Origin: a virus
Lineage: Duplodnaviria; Heunggongvirae; Uroviricota; Caudoviricetes; Drexlerviridae
Length of the DNA stretch: 4,244 bases
Virus record (IMG/VR): IMGVR_UViG_2700989509_000011
Strand: one strand, 5' to 3'
The notes below the pieces were generated by a model. That model was not told where the DNA came from. It did no database searches and was given only the letters and a program-made list of their open reading frames with translations. The position numbers were made by a program, and so were the translations under genes. The stretch's first letter is position 1; the number at the start of each line of letters is the position of its first letter. Of the stretch, positions 1 to 4,244 are shown in pieces.

Positions 1-12
1 TACGAGATGTGA
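1..12 (+). CDS. U: 3' end of upstream tail terminator gene (gpU-like), partial: codons Tyr-Glu-Met-stop
   Basis: Frame 1 reads tac gag atg tga (Y E M stop), with the TGA at 10..12. As I recall, lambda gpU ends ...ITYEM, and lambda U stop to V start is also 7 nt, the same as here (stop 10..12, V ATG at 20). Only 9 coding nt are visible, so this rests on synteny plus a three-residue match. Confidence 0.35.
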   Translation, partial: YEM

Positions 13-15
13 GGA
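11..15 (+). promoter_or_regulatory. Shine-Dalgarno sequence for V (GAGGA), overlapping the upstream stop codon
   Basis: GAGGA at 11..15, 4 nt upstream of the ATG at 20. It overlaps the TGA at 10..12, consistent with translational coupling. Confidence 0.55.
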
Positions 16-19
16 CGAT

Positions 20-772
20 ATGGCAACACCAAATCCCCTTGAGCCGGTAAAAGGTGCCGGTACCACTCTGTGGGTTTACAACGGCAAGGGTGATGCTTAT
101 GCAAACCCGTTGTCAGACGATGACTGGCAGCGACTGGCTAAGGTGAAGGATCTGACGCCGGGCGAGATGACGGCAGAACCCTACGATGATAACTACCTGG
201 ATGATGAAGACGCGGACTGGACCGCGACCGGGCAGGGGCAGAAGTCTGCAGGAGATACCAGTTTTACGCTGGCCTGGAAACCGGGAGAAGAAGGTCAGAA
301 AGGGCTTATAGGCTGGTTTGAAAGCGGGGATGTGCGGGCCTATAAAATCCGTTTCCCAAATGGCACGGTGGATGTGTTCCGTGGCTGGGTCAGCAGTATC
401 GGTAAGGCCGTGACGGCGAAAGAAGTGATCACCCGCACGGTGAAAGTGACCAACGTGGGCAAACCTTCTGTAGCGGAAGAACGCAGCAAAATTACGCCGG
501 TCACTGCGATTAAGGTGACGCCGACATCCGGTACGGTGGCAAAAGGGAAAACAACCACCCTGACGGTTTCTTTTGAGCCGGAAAGTGCAACCGACAAGAC
601 GTTCAGAGCGGTTTCCGCCGATCCGTCGAAAGCCACCATTAGTGTGAAAGATATGACAATTACGGTAAACGGCGTGGCGACAGGTAAGGTGCAGCTCCCT
701 GTGGTGAGCGGAAATGGTCAGTTCGCCGCAGTGGCTGAAGTCACCGTTACTGAAGCGGGCGCTGCAGGGTAA
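20..772 (+). CDS. V: Major tail (tail tube) protein, lambda gpV family, with C-terminal Ig-like (Big_2-type) domain; 250 aa
   Basis: Complete ORF, ATG at 20 and TAA at 770..772. The translation ([49 protein letters not shown]...[40 protein letters not shown]...) is near-identical over long stretches to lambda gpV as I recall it (246 aa). The C-terminal ~90 aa ([23 protein letters not shown]...[13 protein letters not shown]...) matches the gpV Ig-like domain. A good SD lies upstream. Confidence 0.95.
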   Translation: MATPNPLEPVKGAGTTLWVYNGKGDAYANPLSDDDWQRLAKVKDLTPGEMTAEPYDDNYLDDEDADWTATGQGQKSAGDTSFTLAWKPGEEGQKGLIGWFESGDVRAYKIRFPNGTVDVFRGWVSSIGKAVTAKEVITRTVKVTNVGKPSVAEERSKITPVTAIKVTPTSGTVAKGKTTTLTVSFEPESATDKTFRAVSADPSKATISVKDMTITVNGVATGKVQLPVVSGNGQFAAVAEVTVTEAGAAG

Positions 773-774
773 AC

Positions 775-779
775 GGAGG
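775..779 (+). promoter_or_regulatory. Shine-Dalgarno sequence for G (GGAGG)
   Basis: GGAGG at 775..779, 6 nt upstream of the ATG at 786 and 3 nt after the V stop codon. Confidence 0.6.
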
Positions 780-785
780 TAATAC

Positions 786-1162
786 ATGTTTCTGAAAACA
801 GAACAATTTGAATATAACGGTGTGTCCGTCACGCTTTCCGAATTGTCTGCGCTGCAGCGGTTTGATTATATAAAGTTTGTTTCAGACGCAGAACAACAGG
901 AGACAACGAAGCATGATGTCGTGCACATTAACCAGCGATATCTGGAAACGGCATCCCTGCTTGTGGCGATGTCGCTATGGCATTCCCATTCCCTCAAAGG
1001 CACTCTGGCCTCTCCGGAGACAGAGATGCAGCAGATCCGCCGTGAAGTGATGCTGGGATGGCCTGCTGATGCACTGAATCAGGCAACGAACCGGGTGCTT
1101 TATCTTTCAGGTATGCTGGATAACCGGCACGATGCCGATCCTGAACACCGGGAAAACAGAAG
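786..1162 (+). CDS. G: Tail assembly chaperone, lambda gpG family (5' part; 3' end lies inside the N run)
   Basis: ATG at 786, 13 nt after the V stop. The N-terminus MFLKTEQFEYNGVSVTLSELSALQR closely matches lambda gpG as I recall it (MFLKTESFEHNGVTVTLSELSALQR...), and an AMSLWH motif is shared further in. Position immediately downstream of V matches lambda. The frame is open for about 125 codons until the sequence becomes N at 1163. Lambda G is 140 aa, so the true stop is probably within the first ~50-100 nt of the gap. Confidence 0.85.
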
Positions 1163-1881
1163 NNNNNNNNNNNNNNNNNNNNNNNNNNNNNNNNNNNNNN
1201 NNNNNNNNNNNNNNNNNNNNNNNNNNNNNNNNNNNNNNNNNNNNNNNNNNNNNNNNNNNNNNNNNNNNNNNNNNNNNNNNNNNNNNNNNNNNNNNNNNNN
1301 NNNNNNNNNNNNNNNNNNNNNNNNNNNNNNNNNNNNNNNNNNNNNNNNNNNNNNNNNNNNNNNNNNNNNNNNNNNNNNNNNNNNNNNNNNNNNNNNNNNN
1401 NNNNNNNNNNNNNNNNNNNNNNNNNNNNNNNNNNNNNNNNNNNNNNNNNNNNNNNNNNNNNNNNNNNNNNNNNNNNNNNNNNNNNNNNNNNNNNNNNNNN
1501 NNNNNNNNNNNNNNNNNNNNNNNNNNNNNNNNNNNNNNNNNNNNNNNNNNNNNNNNNNNNNNNNNNNNNNNNNNNNNNNNNNNNNNNNNNNNNNNNNNNN
1601 NNNNNNNNNNNNNNNNNNNNNNNNNNNNNNNNNNNNNNNNNNNNNNNNNNNNNNNNNNNNNNNNNNNNNNNNNNNNNNNNNNNNNNNNNNNNNNNNNNNN
1701 NNNNNNNNNNNNNNNNNNNNNNNNNNNNNNNNNNNNNNNNNNNNNNNNNNNNNNNNNNNNNNNNNNNNNNNNNNNNNNNNNNNNNNNNNNNNNNNNNNNN
1801 NNNNNNNNNNNNNNNNNNNNNNNNNNNNNNNNNNNNNNNNNNNNNNNNNNNNNNNNNNNNNNNNNNNNNNNNNNNNNNNNN
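1163..1881. other. Run of 719 undetermined bases (N): assembly gap or masked segment
   Basis: Seen directly: continuous n from 1163 to 1881. By synteny with lambda it should hold the 3' end of G, the G-T -1 frameshift site, the T-specific segment and the first ~40-45 codons of H. Confidence 1.
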
Positions 1882-4244
1882 ACTGTTGAACAGAGGCTGA
1901 GCCGACAGGCGCTGGCTGCACAAAAAGCCGGGATATCAGTCGGACAGTATAAGGCTGCCATGCGCACACTGCCCGCACAGTTCACGGATATTGTCACTCA
2001 GCTTGCCGGTGGTCAGAATCCCTTCCTTATCATGCTGCAGCAGGGGGGGCAGATCAGCGATTCATTCGGTGGACCGCTCAGCCTGCTTACCCTGCTGAAG
2101 GAGGAACTTCTCGGGATCAGGGATGCCTCTGAATCATCAGAGGAGTCGCTGTCAGATACGGCAAATGCACTGGCTGAAAATGCCCGGAATGCCGGTGAGC
2201 TGGGACGATTTATGTCGGTGGCCCGTGTGGCGGCAGGTGGCGGGGTTGCCGTACTGGCCGCGCTTGCTGCCGCCGCCTGGCAGGCAGAGCAGGCTGACCG
2301 GGCCTTATTGCGTTCACTGATCCTGACCGGAGGGGCGGCTGCCACCACAACGGCAGAATTGTGGAAAATGGCCGGGGTGATCAGCGATGAAGCCGGTGGT
2401 GGTATCAGACAGGCGGCAGAAAATCTGGCCCGTCTGGCAGAAAGCGGGAAATATACCGCCGGGCAGCTACGGATCATGGGGGAAACCTCTCAGAGATGGC
2501 TGCAGACGGTGGGGGACGATGCCGGGAAGGTGGAAAAAGCCTTTGAAGGGATTGCAGCAGATCCGGTGAAGGCGCTGGCCTCCCTGAATCAGCAGTATAA
2601 CTTCCTGAGCGTTTCCCAGTTACGCCATATTGATGAGCTTGAGCGCACGAAAGGTAAACAGGCTGCGGTGACGGAGGCGATGTCCCTGTTTGCGGATGTC
2701 ATGAATGCACGTCTGGAGCAACTTGATAAAGCGGCCACGCCGGTGGAAAAAATCTGGGACGATGTTAAAACCTGGACTTCTGACGCATGGGCATGGATAG
2801 GTGATCATACACTGGGGGCACTCAGTCTGATCACTGACGTGGTGGCAGGAACCGTTGAACAAGTGAAGCTGCTGCTTGTGCAGGGGGATCTGGCGCTGGC
2901 TGAATTTATTCAGTCAGCCTGGGAAACGACAAAGAATGTGCCCGGCGTTGGTGCGTTGTTTGGTGAACTGGCAGAAGAGAACCGCGTATTTATTGAGAAA
3001 ACAAAACGTGATGAACTGGCGCTGAGAAAATCCATTGCGGAACGGGATGCGCGTATACGCCAGGGGGAAATGGGGTACATCAACCGTTCGCGTGCAACAG
3101 GCGTCAGCAAAGGTCCGGGGCAGCAGGAAGCCGTCAGCCGTCTGGCTGAAGAGCTGACAGGTAAAAAGCATACATCACCGAAAACGCGCTCTGCCGGGGA
3201 GAGGGAAGAGGAGCAGGCAAGAGAGGCTCTGCTTGCCCTTGAAGCTGAGCTCAGGACGCTGGAAAAACACAGCGGTGCGAATGAGAAAATCAGCCGGCAG
3301 CGCCGTGATTTATGGAAGGCGGAAAGTCAGTATGCGGTCCTGAAAGAGGCTGCCACGAAACGACAGTTATCTGAGCAGGAAAAATCCCTGCTGGCGCATA
3401 AAGACGAGACGCTGGAGTACAAACGCCAGCTGGCTGAGCTGGGCGACAAGGTTGAATACCAGAAACGCCTGAATGAGCTGGCACAGCAGGCGGTGCGGTT
3501 TGAAGAGCAACAGAGCGCGAAGCAGGCCGCCATCAGCGCAAAAGCCCGCGGTCTCACTGACCGTCAGGCGCAGCGGGAGTCTGAAGCGCAGCGTCTTCGG
3601 GACGTGTACGGTGATAATCCGGCTGCGCTGGCGAAGGCCACATCGGCACTGAAGAACACCTGGTCTGCGGAGGAGCAGCTTCGTGGAAGCTGGATGGCCG
3701 GGCTGAAGTCCGGCTGGGGCGAGTGGGCGGAAAGTGCGACGGACAGTTTTTCGCAGGTTAAAAGTGCTGCCACGCAGACCTTTGACGGTATTGCACAGAA
3801 TATGGCGGCGATGCTGACCGGTGCAGAGGCAGACTGGCGGGGATTCACCCGTTCGGTGCTGTCCATGATGACAGAAATCCTGCTTAAACAGGCCATGGTG
3901 GGCATTTTCGGGCGTATCGGCAGCGCCATTGGCGGTGCTTTCGGTGGTGGTGCATCTGCTTCCTCGGGGACGGCCATTGAGGCTGCGGCGGCGAACTTCC
4001 ATTTCGCGACCGGAGGATTTACGGGGACGGGCGGCAAATATGAGCCTGCGGGGATAGTTCACCGCGGGGAGTTTGTTTTCACGAAAGAGGCAACCAGCCG
4101 GATAGGTGTGGGGAATCTTTACCGTCTGATGCGCGGCTATGCGGAAGGTGGTTATGTGGGTGGTGCCGGAAGTCCGGCGCAGATGCGGCGGGCGGAAGGT
4201 ATTAATTTTAATCAGAACAATCACGTGGTGATTCAGAACGACGG
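1882..4244 (+). CDS. H: Tail tape measure protein, lambda gpH family (partial: start inside the N run, 3' end beyond the window)
   Basis: One + frame (codons phased from 1882) is open for all 2363 nt after the gap with no stop codon. It translates to ...RLSRQALAAQKAGISVGQYKAAMRTLPAQFTDIVTQLAGGQNPFLIMLQQGGQISDSFGG... and near the 3' end ...LRTLEKHSGANEKISRQRRDLWKAESQYAVL...SVLSMMTEILLKQAMVGIFGRIGSAIGG...ATGGFTGTGGKYEPAGIVHRGEFVFTKEATSRIGVGNLYRLMRGY...NNHVVIQNDG. These blocks are very close to lambda gpH N-proximal and C-terminal sequence as I recall it. The ORF track missed it only because it has no in-window stop and its start is masked. Confidence 0.95.

Noticed and set aside
113-832. Minus-strand ORFs 113..832 (239 aa) and 340..639 (99 aa)
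   Set aside because: Fully antisense to the strongly supported gpV gene. The 239-aa product is Arg/Cys/His-rich with no recognisable motifs, typical of a shadow frame, and there is no independent RBS or homology evidence.
1150-1156. GGGAAAA heptamer as the G-T slippery site
   Set aside because: In the G frame it reads cGG GAA AAc, so it is not in X XXY YYZ register for a tandem -1 slip, and it lies about 10 codons earlier than the lambda site. The real site is probably in the N run. This is not fully excluded without the missing sequence.
786-1889. ORF-track call of a 367-aa + strand protein
   Set aside because: Only the first ~125 codons are real sequence (gpG). The remainder is translation of N as X and the call ends at a chance stop after the gap. 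The true G stop is inside the N run.
994-1997. Three minus-strand ORFs (994..1923, 1100..1978, 1107..1997) of about 290-310 aa
   Set aside because: Almost entirely X from the N run. Their short real ends are antisense to G and H, so there is no coding evidence.
2043-2049. G7 homopolymer tract as a possible slipped-strand phase-variation switch
   Set aside because: It encodes the Gly-Gly of a QQGGQ motif that is also present in lambda gpH, so it is conserved protein sequence. Seven G is short for a contingency tract and nothing else supports a switch.
2013-2477. Minus-strand 154-aa ORF inside the tape measure gene
   Set aside because: Antisense to the Ala/Gly-rich part of H. The product is low-complexity (runs of A, S, P), as expected for a shadow ORF.
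2123-2569. Short + strand ORFs 2123..2320 (65 aa) and 2387..2569 (60 aa)
   Set aside because: Out-of-frame ORFs nested in the H coding frame. Trp/Arg/Pro-rich, short, and without RBS.
2620-3171. Short minus-strand ORFs 2620..2862, 2910..3110 and 2914..3171
   Set aside because: Antisense to the central part of H. Short, Cys/Arg/Phe-rich, with no supporting signals.
3290-4224. Minus-strand ORFs 3367..4224 (285 aa), 3564..4037 (157 aa), 3327..3557 and 3290..3484
   Set aside because: All antisense to the best-conserved C-terminal part of H. They are Arg/Cys/Pro-rich shadow frames with no start context, and H homology fully explains the region.
1-4244. Defence, anti-defence, toxin-antitoxin or moron cargo in the visible sequence
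   Set aside because: The readable 3.5 kb is saturated by V, G and H in one orientation with 7-13 nt spacers, and there is no unexplained intergenic or ORF space. Any such cargo would have to lie in the N run or outside the window, and the gap's size budget leaves little room for it.

Overview
This window is a contiguous piece of a lambda-like (lambdoid) siphovirus tail-morphogenesis operon, all on the + strand, and I see no novel system in the readable sequence. The order is: last 3 codons of a gpU-like tail terminator (1..12), major tail protein gpV with its C-terminal Ig-like domain (20..772), tail assembly chaperone gpG (786 into the gap), a 719-nt run of N (1163..1881), then one uninterrupted reading frame (1882..4244, codon phase set by 1882) encoding a gpH-like tape measure protein that runs off the window end. 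The gap must contain the 3' end of G, the G-T frameshift site, the T segment and the start of H. Assignments rest on my recollection of lambda gpU/gpV/gpG/gpH protein sequences and on gene order and spacing; no search was run. The visible DNA is essentially fully coding with 7-nt and 13-nt intergenic spacers, so it has no room for an extra gene. If the N count is the true length, the gap is only about 140 nt longer than the equivalent lambda interval, which argues against a hidden inserted gene there. The more notable points are the masked frameshift region and an apparently mosaic tape measure gene with lambda-like ends and a divergent centre. All ORF-track calls on the minus strand or reading through the N run are artefacts.
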